A DNA stretch of 55,525 nucleotides from Octopus bimaculoides (Eukaryota). The notes under the pieces are model-generated. The model had not been told where the DNA came from, ran no database searches, and was given only the letters and a program-made list of their open reading frames with translations. The position numbers and the translations under genes are program-made. The DNA lies in the NCBI RefSeq assembly GCF_001194135.2, contig NC_068990.1, positions 84,997,557 through 85,053,081 on the forward strand, in the 5' to 3' direction. Positions within the stretch are counted from its first letter, which is position 1, and each line of letters opens with the position of its first letter. Of this stretch, positions 13,396-25,300 are shown one piece after another.

Positions 13396-14522
13396 GCATA
13401 TATAAGATGGTTGGATTAATTTCTTTAGTTGTTTGAGAATCGGTAAAATATGAAAGAACCTCAGACATCCATACATGAAATGCATGCATAATTCACACAA
13501 GTACACATCTGTAGGTGCATTTGTATATTTGCTACGTGTGTATACCGCTTACAATTATGAATGCTGTGGTATTTTGACATCTTTCCCAACACAACATATT
13601 CCTCTTTACTTCCGCCGCTTTATCACTTTGTGAATTGTATGCATGTATGCACACGTGTGTGTGCTCGTGTGCGTATATGTGATTGATGTCTTCTTTTATA
13701 TAAGTAGATATTTGAGTGGTATATACACGCATTCGCACACACACACACACACGTATACGCAAACACACGCACATGCGAAGATTATCGTAATCACACCACG
13801 ACTGCTTCAGTCACCTCCCATAACCACCACCTCCCCCTATCTCTCTCTCTCTCTCTCACACACACACTCTCTCTTTCTCCACCACCATCACCATCGTCAA
13901 CAGCACTATCATCCCTGGCGGCCGACGATGCCACCACCAACACTCCCATTATCACCGTCGAATGGGTAAAGTAATGAAGTCTAAGGGAAATATACGGTCG
14001 CCTCAATACTATGGGATGAATAACGATTCTTTCTCTTTCTCTAAAACNNNNNNNNNNNNNNNNNNNNNNNNNNNNNNNNNNNNNNNNNNNNNNNNNNNNN
14101 NNNNNNNNNNNNNNNNNNNNNNNNNNNNNNNNNNNNNNNNNNNNNNNNNNNNNNNNNNNNNNNNNNNNNNNNNNNNNNNNNNNNNNNNNNNNNNNNNNNN
14201 NNNNNNNNNNNNNNNNNNNNNNNNNNNNNNNNNNNNNNNNNNNNNNNNNNNNNNNNNNNNNNNNNNNNNNNNNNNNNNNNNNNNNNNNNNNNNNNNNNNN
14301 NNNNNNNNNNNNNNNNNNNNNNNNNNNNNNNNNNNNNNNNNNNNNNNNNNNNNNNNNNNNNNNNNNNNNNNNNNNNNNNNNNNNNNNNNNNNNNNNNNNN
14401 NNNNNNNNNNNNNNNNNNNNNNNNNNNNNNNNNNNNNNNNNNNNNNNNNNNNNNNNNNNNNNNNNNNNNNNNNNAATCGACCCCAGTACTTATTGTTTCT
14501 AAGCCGAGTACTTATTCTATCG

Positions 14523-14561
<39 letters not shown>

Positions 14562-14651
14562 GGATGAATTCACAAAAAAAAAAAAAGACAAAGACAGGTG
14601 GTGTAGAAAATAAACAGATGTATTAGTTTAACGCTCGGGAAGTGAACAAGT

Positions 14652-14687
14652 CTTTAACGTTTCGAGCCTACGCTCTTCCACAGAAAG
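14652..14687 (-). ncRNA. Minimal type-I hammerhead-ribozyme-like motif within a probable Penelope-like terminal-repeat fragment (about 14580-14745)
   Basis: Minus strand reads CTTT-CTGTGGA-A-GAGC-GTAG-GCTC-GAA-ACGT-T-AAAG: stem I CTTT/AAAG, core CUG(U)GGA, stem II GAGC/GCTC, GAAA, palindromic stem III ACGU, site GUU. One core change (A6 to U). Confidence 0.6.
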
Positions 14688-14924
14688 GAATACAGAAAGA
14701 AACAAGAAGAGAAAAAAATGTGTGTAGTGGTTAGCAAGGGGCTCATGTGATATTCATTTACTCCTCCCTTGCTCCCCGCACCTATGCATCGGTTGAACCC
14801 GCTTCTCAGAGGCCGTGTACACACAAACACACAGAGTTTGAACGTCTTCATTAAGCAATAAAGCTATGACACGCCTAAAGAATTATATCCAAAACCCTTC
14901 TAATAGTGTTTGATGATAATAATG

Positions 14925-15110
14925 GTTTCAAATTTTGGCGCAACATTAACAATTGTGAAGGAAGAGTGTTAATCAATACTCTCGACCCCCTCTGCATTAT
15001 CGACCCTGCAAGGATGATCGGCAAAGTTGACCCCCGACGGAATATGAAGTCAGAACATATCTTGAAGCTATTGTTCCGAGGGTTTGCGTTTCTGTCAAAT
15101 CGCCGCAATC
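14925..15110 (-). mobile_element. SINE family A, degenerate
   Basis: atcgaccctgcaaggatgatcggcaaagttgacc... matches family A. Confidence 0.7.
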
Positions 15111-15977
15111 ATAATTAAAGAAATATCGAAATATTGAAATAGTGTGTTGTTAAGTTGTTTGGTTATTATTATGAACTGAAAGATTTTATTAAAGGTTGAT
15201 AAATTCTTGTAAATAAATCGTATCAGCTAATCTTTTCTAAAGCTGAATATTTTGTCATCTCTCAATCTGATAATTTCTATATTGAAATATATATGGCGCC
15301 ATAAACTTTCTGAATAGCCTCCATATACATATAAAGGTGATTCCATACAACCATTTCCTGATGGAATTTAATTTGTAAGGCTACGATACGTACGTAACCA
15401 ATAAAATCTTTACTTGCATTGTTGAATAACGGATACATTTTATAAAGGTGATAATTCTGGATGAGATAATGGTGGATTAAAGTTTGAGACTTTATTTACC
15501 GATTCTTCCCAGTATTTCTTTTTCCATCCTTCATCATTTATGCTTTTAGCTAAAGAATTATATTCGAGAATAAATTTGGAATGTAGTCTATATTTTTATA
15601 TCTTTCTCTACTCCCTTTTTCTCTGAATTCATCTGCTTTTTCTCTCATGTCCCATATCTGTATAATCTGGTAAACAAATTCTTGTTAATTATATAGTTGT
15701 CTATTTTTAACAGCATTCACTTAATGTTTTTTTGAAAACCTCTTTTTCTTGACTGAGATACTTGTAGATTTGATAAATTATCAGCAAATAGAAAACATTC
15801 CACTTTCACGGTATTTCTTTAAAAGAATCTAAAGATGCTATTATTCTTCACCGCTCTGTGACACATATTGTAGAATTATGTAATACATAGATGACAAACG
15901 TATTTACTTCATTGTCTGAATCTGATTCATTTGTATAACAACAACAACAATACTACTACTACTACTACTACTACTAC

Positions 15978-16110
15978 TAATAATAATAATAATAATAATC
16001 TTTTCTACTGGAGGCACTAGGATCGATGTAATCGACTAATACCCTCCCTCAAAATTTCAGTCCTTGTGCCTATAATAGAAAGGATTATTATTATTATTAT
16101 TATTATTATT
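15978..16110. repeat. Two SINE-A 3' tails in inverted orientation, between (TAA)n and (ATT)n
   Basis: aataatcttttctactggaggcactagg (16000-16021) is the reverse complement of ccttgtgcctataatagaaaggattatt (16062-16083), with 4 mismatches. Confidence 0.75.
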
Positions 16111-17071
16111 TATCATGCCTTAATATATNNNNNNNNNNNNNNNNNNNNNNNTATATATATATCAGGATTTTCTGAATTTTTGTTTATGATCGTCTGTGAT
16201 TCAGAATCCGTCAATTTTTTTTTAAAGTAGAAACTGATTAATCTTTGGGGCTTTACAGTTACTCTTTATTTTAAATGTGAGCATGTATAATTATAAAATG
16301 TACTTATAAATATAAGTACTTATAATATATTTCGCATTTTCTAAATTACATTTTCATCTGTAATACTTTGAAATTAGAGTATCAAAATATTTACAGAAAA
16401 TGGAACAATTGTACAATGCTAATGTATTCGGAACTCATTACTTTCAATATTTTGAAAACTGATATAGCTATTACAATATACTCTTAATCTTATAGACATG
16501 TATTAAATACATAGATATTTAAATATACTTATAAAGCGAGAGATCGAGTTTCCTCTCTTCTGTCTGTTTCTTTTTATACATATTTTTTTATAATGAATGA
16601 ACTTTTAAATTGCTTGAAAAAAATCTAAAGCGACATGATTTTTTTCAAGAGTATGAATTCTGATATTTAAGACTAAAATCTGAAAACCGTCTTTAAAGGT
16701 ATAATAAATTAATTACAAATAAGTGGGGGTTAAAAAGCCACACTTTAACGAATTAGTGTAAAAAATTATAATGTCAAGAATTTGTATGTATATTTTTATA
16801 TATGATTTTAATAACATATTACATTGAGGTGATTGTACTCTACGAATACTTGGCATGATTGTTGCTGTAGTTTGGTGACTGTTTTCGCCTATTTCTACTG
16901 GGTTAGGTCAGAGTATAGTCTTCGAGTAGTGTGGACTATAGCCTGCAGTTGGTGTCCAAAACTCGGCGACTCGCACAATTAGAAGAATAAATTGGATATC
17001 ATTCTGACAAACAATGACATAATCCATCAAATGTCGTTGTTTTGCTCTGAGATGCTTCCTTGTTATTTTAG

Positions 17072-17182
17072 ATTCGTTGATCACACTCAATATAGTGCTT
17101 GTGATGATTAGATCATGCTCTGTACATTTGCCCTCTCAGCAAATCATACGTTCGAAGTCTGCGGTTTCAAATACCACAGAAG
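17072..17182 (+). CDS. Candidate internal exon (phase 1-1, 111 nt), product unknown
   Basis: Acceptor cttccttgttattttag, donor AG|gtagaa (weak). Open frame SLITLNIVLVMIRSCSVHLPSQQIIRSKSAVSNTTE. No homology recognised. Confidence 0.2.
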
Positions 17183-17309
17183 GTAGAACATATATTTCCC
17201 ACGTTCGGATTCATAAAAGTATTTACATTTTACGCTTTAAGACACGACTGTCAATTTTCATAATGTTTGAAGCACACATTGAGCTATGCCTGTATGCGCG
17301 CGCGCGCGC

Positions 17310-17340
<31 letters not shown>

Positions 17341-17902
17341 TGTGTGTTCCTGACTGAGACACTAAGAGGAGGAGCTTGCCAATACAAATAATTCGCTGGT
17401 ACTTTACTTTATGGACCTCAGAGATATGGAAGGCAAAGTTGCCCTCCAAGATTTGAACTCAGAACATCATGTGTCGAAAGATATACAAAGTTTTTTTTTC
17501 CAACGCTTTAACGATCCTGTCAATCCAGCACCCCACCTACGCGCGCGCGCGTATATATACAATGTATATATATGCATATATATATATATATATATATANN
17601 NNNNNNNNNNNNNNNNNNNNNNNNNNNNNNNNNNNNNNNNNNNNNNNNNNNNNNNNNNNNNNNNNNNNNNNNNNNNNNNNNNNNNNNNNNNNNNNNNNNN
17701 NNNNNNNNNNNNNNNNNNNNNNNNNNNNNNNNNNNNNNNNNNNNNNNNNNNNNNNNNNNNNNNNNNNNNNNNNNNNNNNNNNNNNNNNNNNNNNNNNNNN
17801 NNNNNNNNNNNNNNNNNNNNNNNNNNNNNNNNNNNNNNNNNNNNNNNNNNNNNNNNNNNNNNNNNNNNNNNNNNNNNNNNNNNNNNNNNNNNNNNNNGAG
17901 AG

Positions 17903-18060
17903 AGTGGCTGTGTGGTAAGTAGCTTGCTTACCAACCACATGGTTCCGGGTTCAGTCCCACTGCGTGGCACCTTGAGCAAGCGTCTTCTACTATAGCCTCG
18001 GGCCGACCAAAGCCTTGTGAGTGGATTTGGTAGACGGAAACTGAAAGATGCCCATCGTGT
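17903..18060 (+). mobile_element. SINE family E-G, 5' part (tRNA-like head and CORE-like segment) running into (TA)/(TG)n
   Basis: gtggctgtgtggtaagtagcttgcttaccaaccacatggttccgggttcagtcccactgcgtggcaccttgagcaag; near-identical to the reverse complement of 48200-48370. Confidence 0.85.
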
Positions 18061-18995
18061 ATATGTATATATGTATATGTATGTGTGTGTGTGTGCGTAC
18101 GTACGTAAGCTTGCCTCTATAAATTGCCTGTTAGATAGCTCGACAGACAGTCAGACGGAGAGTAATGAAAGCTGTCAGTGACAGCCAGCAGGACAGATTA
18201 TAGAAGCGGAAGTAGCTAAAAGTTTACAAATTAAAAGTCGGTGGGGAGAGTTTTTTGGAAAAAAAAAAAAACCTCTATTCGATGTGAGAGCCCTGGTTTC
18301 ACATAGATCTCTCCGTGTGCATTTATATTATATTATATTATGTATATATGTATATGTGTGTGGTGTGAATGTATGCATGTATGTATACCTCTGTGTGTGT
18401 ATGTGTGTGTGCATAAGAGCTGTTATTTTTGTTCCCGCCCCTATCATATTGTTCTGTGCAGAAGCATAAACCATTGTTTAATGTGCTGGTTTTGCTGTTT
18501 TTTAGTCCCCAGGTGAACATATGATCAATTGCGTTCCAGGCATGACAATCGCGTCCTAATATATATATATTTAGGACTACACTGTGTAATATCTCATTCC
18601 TTCTTTCGTTGTTGGTGGTGGTGGCGGTGCTTATAGCACTAATGGTAAGTAGTTGTAATAATTAGTGGTGGGGTGAGGATGGTTATAGTAGAGATAATGA
18701 TAGTAGTAGTGGTGGTGGTAGGCTGAAACGATGGCGGTGGTGGTAGTAATTGAAGAGATAATCGTTATGGTTGCAATTTCTTTTATGCGTACTGATGGTA
18801 GCTGTGGCGAATTTCGTTGCCTGATGATGGTGTCGGTGGTTGTAGTAGTGGTGGTGGTGGTGAGTAATTGCAGTGTTGGTGATGGCATAATAGTTGTCGT
18901 ATAGGAAGTAGTTGTGATTACAGAGGTGGTGGTTGTAGTAGTGGTAATGGTGGTGGAGTTGGTATTAAGGTAGTAGTCATGGTAGAGATGATTGT

Positions 18996-19506
18996 AATTC
19001 TTTTCTACTCGAGGCACAAGGCCCGAAATTTTTGGGGAGGGGGCCAGTCGATCAGATCGACCCCAGTACACAACGGGTACTTAATTTATCGATCCTGAAA
19101 GGATGAAAGGCAAAGTCGACCTCGGCGGAATTTGAACTCAGAACGTAAAGACAGACGAAACACCGCTAAGCATTTCGCCCGGCGTGCTAACGTTTCTTAT
19201 TTTTTTATTGCCNNNNNNNNNNCGTAAAGACAGACGAAACACCGCTAAGCATTTCGCCCGGCGTGCTAACGTTTCTTATTTTTTTATTGCCCACAAGGGG
19301 CTAATCATAGAGGGGACAAACAAGGACAGACAAAGGGATTAAGTCGATGTAATCGACCCCAGTGCGTAACTAGTTCTTAATTTATCGACCCTGAAAGGAT
19401 GAAAGGCAAAGTCGACCTCGGCGGAATTTGAACTCAGAACATAAAGACAGACGAAATACCGCTAAGCATTTCGTCCGGCGTGCTAACGTTTTTGCCAGAC
19501 GCCGCC
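18996..19506 (-). mobile_element. Dimeric SINE family A, complete, with an assembly duplication at a 10-N gap
   Basis: Head ggcggcgtctggcaaaaacgttagcacgccggacg at 19506, then linker, second unit and tail. 19144-19212 is repeated at 19223-19291 across the gap. Confidence 0.9.
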
Positions 19507-20154
19507 TTACACACATGTGTGAATCTACACACGAACTACTTGCAGTCCGCACAATGGAATCTGTCGTTCGGTTTAACATCAGCACTGGTCGGTTTCTTTG
19601 AAGTCTTGTAGCAGATGTCCCGTTTGCAAGAATTCTAATTAGGTCTCCGATCTAAGGCTAACTCGATATCTTGATACCCCGCTTACAATTATTATAACAG
19701 TAACAACCAATGAACTGTGGTATCTAACTCTGTAACATCCCACCACCACCACCACCAGTCTCCGAGACCCCGTAAAAAGGTCATGCATGCTGCCCTTTCT
19801 CCTGTCACTGAACTATTAAATAAATAAAATAACGGTTTTTTTGGGAAGATATAAAGACACATTAGGGGTCAAATGTCAACATGATAAGAAAAGGGGAGGA
19901 GGAGGTCGTACCTGTTTTTTTTTCCCTTTTTTAAAAAATGTTTAATTAGGAGGGAAGGCAATGCACATGGTCCTTTATATTCCCGAACTTCTGAGACTGG
20001 CTGGTGATGAGAAGTGGGGGGAGGTATTTTCAAATCAGAGTCTGAGCCCCAGATGTTTAAAATAGAGCAGACTCCATTAACGGCACCCAAGGAGCAAGTG
20101 GTTGTGTTCAACCGCGCGATGGGTCGGATCCACCACCCACGTAGGCTACAGTAA

Positions 20155-21128
20155 GATTTGAATTCGGAACGCAATGCACAGGAACAAATGTCGCAATGTT
20201 TCCGCCAGTTCACCATCTTGTACTCGTGTTTTATTTATCGACCCCAAGAGAACAAAAAATATAGTTGATCTCGGCGGGATTTGAACTTAGAATCAAGGTG
20301 CAGAAATATACTCCGTGTAATGCATTGCGTTCGACACTTCAGCTTTACAGTTTACGTTATAAGAAAGTTAATGTTATTATAATATTGGTTTCTAATCTAG
20401 GCACAGGGCCAACATCCACCGCAGTACTTGAATGATACTTTAGTTTAAGAAGCTCAGAGATATAAAAGGCAAAGTTGACTTTGGTTGGGATTTGAACTCA
20501 GAATGTAAAGAACCGCAAGAAAACGTAACGCACTTTGCCCAACGCTCAAAGATTCTGCTAAGCCACTGCCTTTAATAATCCTTTCTAATATAGGCACAAG
20601 GCCTGAAATTTCGAGGAGGAGGATAGTAGATTACATCGACCCCCCCCAGTGTTTCACTGGTTCTTAATTTATCGACCCCGAAAGGATGAAAGGCAAAGTC
20701 GACCTCGGCGGAATTTGAACTCAGAGCGTCAAGGTGGACAAAATGCCGCTCAGCATTCCGCCCGGCGTACTAACGATTCTGCCAGCTCGCGCCGCCTTCC
20801 ACGGCCTTTAATAATAGTTTCTGATTTAGACACAAAGCCAGCACTTTTTTGGGGAGGAGTTAGTTGATATCATCGGATCCAGTACTTGACTGGTACTTTA
20901 TTTTATCGACCTTGGAGGCATGAAAGGCAAAGCCAGAAATTTTAGGGCAAGGGGTAAGCCAGTTACATCGACCCTAGTGTTCAACTGGTACTTTATTTTA
21001 TCGACCTCGAAAGAATGAAAGGCAAGGTCGACTTCGGTGGAATTTGAACTCAGAACGTAAAGAGCCGGAAGAAATGCTGCTATGGGTTTTTTGTTCGACG
21101 CGCTAACGATTCTGTGAGCTCACCGCCT
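20155..21128 (-). mobile_element. Cluster of 5-6 co-oriented SINE family A copies or fragments
   Basis: Repeated atttatcgaccc...aaaggcaaagt(c/t)gac...gaatttgaactcag motifs at about 20230, 20465, 20670, 20900 and 21000. Confidence 0.85.
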
Positions 21129-21289
21129 CTGACAATTTAACAATAACAAAGGTAGTAAAATATTACAAAAAAAAAAAAAAATCAAGAATAAACAAACAAA
21201 CAAACAGAAAAGGCGCTGACAAATGGTTCTGTGTTCAGTTCCTTTGCGCACATATTGCGCGAGTATCTTCTGCCACAAATCCAGCCCGT

Positions 21290-21324
<35 letters not shown>

Positions 21325-21524
21325 ACGCTTCCCTCACCGATTGACTACCAGTGTTGGTTTGTTTATGTCTCCCGTAACGCAGTAGTCCAGCTAAAGAACG
21401 ATGGAATAAATATTAGACTTATTATAAACAAATAAATAATAAATAAAAACTAGGGTTGATTTTATCAACCAAATCCTTCAAAACGGCGCCCCAGTATGGC
21501 CGTAATCCAAAAACTGAAAGAGAG

Positions 21525-21750
21525 TGTAGGGAAGGTGGCGACCTGGTCGAATCGTTAGCGTACCGATCAAAATGCTTAGCAACATTTCGTCCGTTTTTAT
21601 GCTCTGAGTTCAAATACCGCCGAGGTATTGAACTGAGTTCAAATACCTTTCGGGGTCGATAGAAAATGTACCAGATGGACACTGGAGTCGATGTAATCGG
21701 CTTACCCGTTACTCCCCAAATTGCTGGCGTTGTGCCAAAATATGAAATCA
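21525..21750 (+). mobile_element. SINE family A
   Basis: ggtggcgacctggtcgaatcgttagc...gagttcaaatacc...gtcgatgtaatcgg...gtgccaaaatatgaaa. Confidence 0.8.
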
Positions 21751-22796
21751 ATTTAAGTACAAGGATGTCAATATATATTAGAATGAATAGTGGCGTAGGG
21801 GTATATATTGTCTATTATGTAGATTCAAGTCCCTGGGTGATAATGTGAAGCTATAGTCCAATACTCTGGTTCCTCTATCCCAATCTTAATTTAACAACCA
21901 TTCGCCCTTTCATCCGAAAGAAGGGGAAAAGAAGAATAAATTTTAAAAAAAATAAGAGAAAAGGTAAAATGACCTCGGCAGGATTCGAACCCAGAATGTA
22001 AAATGTGTTACTGTCAGTCGCCATACTGAAATAGTTATCCTCTGGTCTCTTCATACATCGTTACAGGACCGCAAAATTTAATGGCTGGTGGGGACAGAAG
22101 ACGGAGAGGTGGATGAATTAAAGCCCTTGGTATCACCGCTCTCCTCCACCACATAATCTTATGTGGACTGTAATTAAGCTCTCCGAAATGATGAAAATGC
22201 AAAGGGCTAGAGGCCTGTTAGGGGTCGAGGCAGAGATGATTGTATAGTAGCGATGAAATGCTGTGACGTTCATGCATTTCTCAAGAACTCAAGCAATCGA
22301 AATAACAACTAAAGTCTTTCCCACCTTAAAAAAAAAACAAGTAAGGATACATTGAATAAGCAAAGTAGAAGGCGAAAAGAAAAGCAGACAAACAAAAAAT
22401 TAGATAATATTGATAATGGAAAGTCACGGTTGGAATGAGGCTGATCGTAGTGTCTGCTCGACTCAGACGAAACCTAGGACTAAACACCTAAATATTCAAC
22501 AAACAACAGTAAAACAATGATAATGAGAATTATTGAAAATAACAATATACATACCTGTATATCTTTCATGAGGTAAAGTTTGTCTGGTCTCTGGTACCCA
22601 ACAGCTGGCTGCGAGTATTTTTAAATGACTGTGTTTATATATCTATCTCTGTATGTGTGTGTATATGTATATATGTATATATATAACAGTGTCGGACTGT
22701 TGCTGACAAATGTACAGCGATTAGAATACAGGGTTTCCTCGCTCCGTAGCGTAAGTGGGTATCATAATAAACACCGTGAGCCTACATACATATATT

Positions 22797-22847
<51 letters not shown>

Positions 22848-23098
22848 ATGGGTGTATGTGTGTGTGCATGTATGTAATATTCTGGGATTTAAGTTCTTTA
22901 TACAGTTCAAGCCGGTTACAAATAGTGTGCGTGTGTGAGTGTGAGTATGTGTATGTATGTGTGTGTAATGTTTGTGTGTTGTGTGAGTGTGTGTAATGTG
23001 TGTGTGTGTGATGTTTGTGTTGTTTGTGTGTGTGTGTGTAATGTTTGCGTGTTGTGTGTGTGTGATTGTTCGTAAATATTTATGAATGAATGCATGTA

Positions 23099-23129
<31 letters not shown>

Positions 23130-23893
23130 CTATGGGTGCCTGTTTAAATGTCTGTGTATGTTTGTATGAATGTATGTTTGTGTATTTGTATGAAGAAAAA
23201 AAAATCAAAAAAAAAACGGGGTAAACTAAGGAAGGACATCCAACTCTGTTGTATGAGGAAAAGACGAAGGCGAAGAGAAATAGAGAGAATGAAACAATGA
23301 GAGAGAAAGGGAGGAGAAGGGCTAGGCCGGAGAAAGTGGATAGAGAGAAAGAGAGATTGATATTAATAAGAAAGAGAAAAGTAAAAACTATAGCGAAGGG
23401 GAGGGAGATTATGATGTAAGCCGAGGAAAAGAGAGAGACAGAGGTTTTAATGCATGCACCGAAAAGTAACATGAGAAAGAGAGAGGGGGAGAAGAGAGAG
23501 AGAGAGATCTAAGCAGGCGAGACACGTTTCTAATAAAGAGAGAGACAAAGAGAGAGAGTGACAGGGCAGAAACAAATTCGTAGAAATGTAGGTAGCTACA
23601 TTGAAATAGTGACAAAATAAAAAAGAAAGGAACAAAAAATGTAAGATAGATAGATAAATAGATAGGTAGATAGAACAAAGATATGAGATATTATATAGAA
23701 AGACAGGGGCGGAGGGGGTGATAGTGTGATGCCGGTTGTCTTGCTGCTGGCTGGCTGGTTGGGCTGGCTGGTTGGCTACCGTACCCACTTTCGTTCAGCC
23801 AGTCAGTGCTTTTACAGTTATCAGATGTAAGACACTGCATTTGTGTACTTGTCATGCTAAGAACCTATTGTACCCTGCCCATGCGCTGGTTCG

Positions 23894-23926
<33 letters not shown>

Positions 23927-24583
23927 TTTGTTCGCAAATATGCTTAAATATATTCAGGCAAAACCGCGTGTATGTATGTGTGTGTATATGTATATAATAT
24001 ATATATGTATATATATATATATATATTAGATTCAAATTACGATAAACNNNNNNNNNNNNNNNNNNNNNNNNNNNNNNNNNNNNNNNNNNNNNNNNNNNNN
24101 NNNNNNNNNNNNNNNNNNNNNNNNNNNNNNNNNNNNNNNNNNNNNNNNNNNNNNNNNNNNNNNNNNNNNNNNNNNNNNNNNNNNNNNNNNNNNNNNNNNN
24201 NNNNNNNNNNNNNNNNNNNNNNNNNNNNNNNNNNNNNNNNNNNNNNNNNNNNNNNNNNNNNNNNNNNNNNNNNNNNNNNNNNNNNNNNNNNNNNNNNNNN
24301 NNNNNNNNNNNNNNNNNNNNNNNNNNNNNNNNNNNNNNNNNNNNNNNNNNNNNNNNNNNNNNNNNNNNNNNNNNNNNNNNNNNNNNNNNNNNNNNNNNNN
24401 NNNNNNNNNNNNNNNNNNNNCACACACATTTAGAAGGTTGTTTGTTATGGTCGGTCAGCTGTACAGGTGACACGTCAAAGTCAAATGGCCGGAGGCATAT
24501 AACCTCTCTACCACTGGAGGGAGGAAAAACGTGATGGTCAGTTAATTTACATGTATATATGTATGTATGTATGTATGTATGTG

Positions 24584-24623
<40 letters not shown>

Positions 24624-24626
24624 TAA

Positions 24627-24697
<71 letters not shown>

Positions 24698-24752
24698 TAC
24701 ACACACAAATGTGTGTGTGTGTTATAAATAATATTCACACACACAAACATAT

Positions 24753-24809
<57 letters not shown>

Positions 24810-25173
24810 GTTATGTGCTCACGTGCCCTGATATAGGATTTCACCTGTCCGCTTATCCAACCAGACACCTTGAATACAATAAAAAAACATTTAATTCTAT
24901 TGATATCTCGCAAATGCCTTAGTGCGTCAATAAACTCATGAACCATAAAATTGTATTAAATTCATTCCTGTATTTCTTGATTTATAACGATTTTTACACA
25001 TTATTTTTTTTCTTCACGATAGTATTTCGGAAACTTACAAATTCAGAAAATCGCTGGTTTCAAATGTGTTCAATCATTCGGATGCGATAGTATTTATTGA
25101 GACATGAATTATCCTTAGTAATCGAAGTATTTCAGCGCATACTTTGTAGTCTTTCAGCGCAATATACATTCTA

Positions 25174-25300
25174 CAGGGTGTCCACAAAGTCTGGGTACAT
25201 GGGGATTAACACATACTTAAATAAATTATTATTTCTTATATTTAATTGTTTATGTTATTATTTTACTTACTTCATGTACCCAGACTTTGTGGACATCTTG
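25174..25300. mobile_element. 127-bp Tc1/mariner-type MITE with 28-bp TIRs and TA TSD
   Basis: TA-CAGGGTGTCCACAAAGTCTGGGTACATG (25174-25201) and CATGTACCCAGACTTTGTGGACATCTTG-TA (25273-25300), 2 mismatches. Confidence 0.92.

Noticed and set aside
19144-19291. Trimeric SINE-A
   Set aside because: The 69-bp identical duplication flanks a 10-N gap and is most likely an unmerged contig overlap.
19510-19680. C2H2 zinc finger or RTE C-terminus on the minus strand (NSCKRDICYKT...RFHCADCK*)
   Set aside because: Cys/His spacing is incomplete, stops are present, and the similarity is too weak to call.
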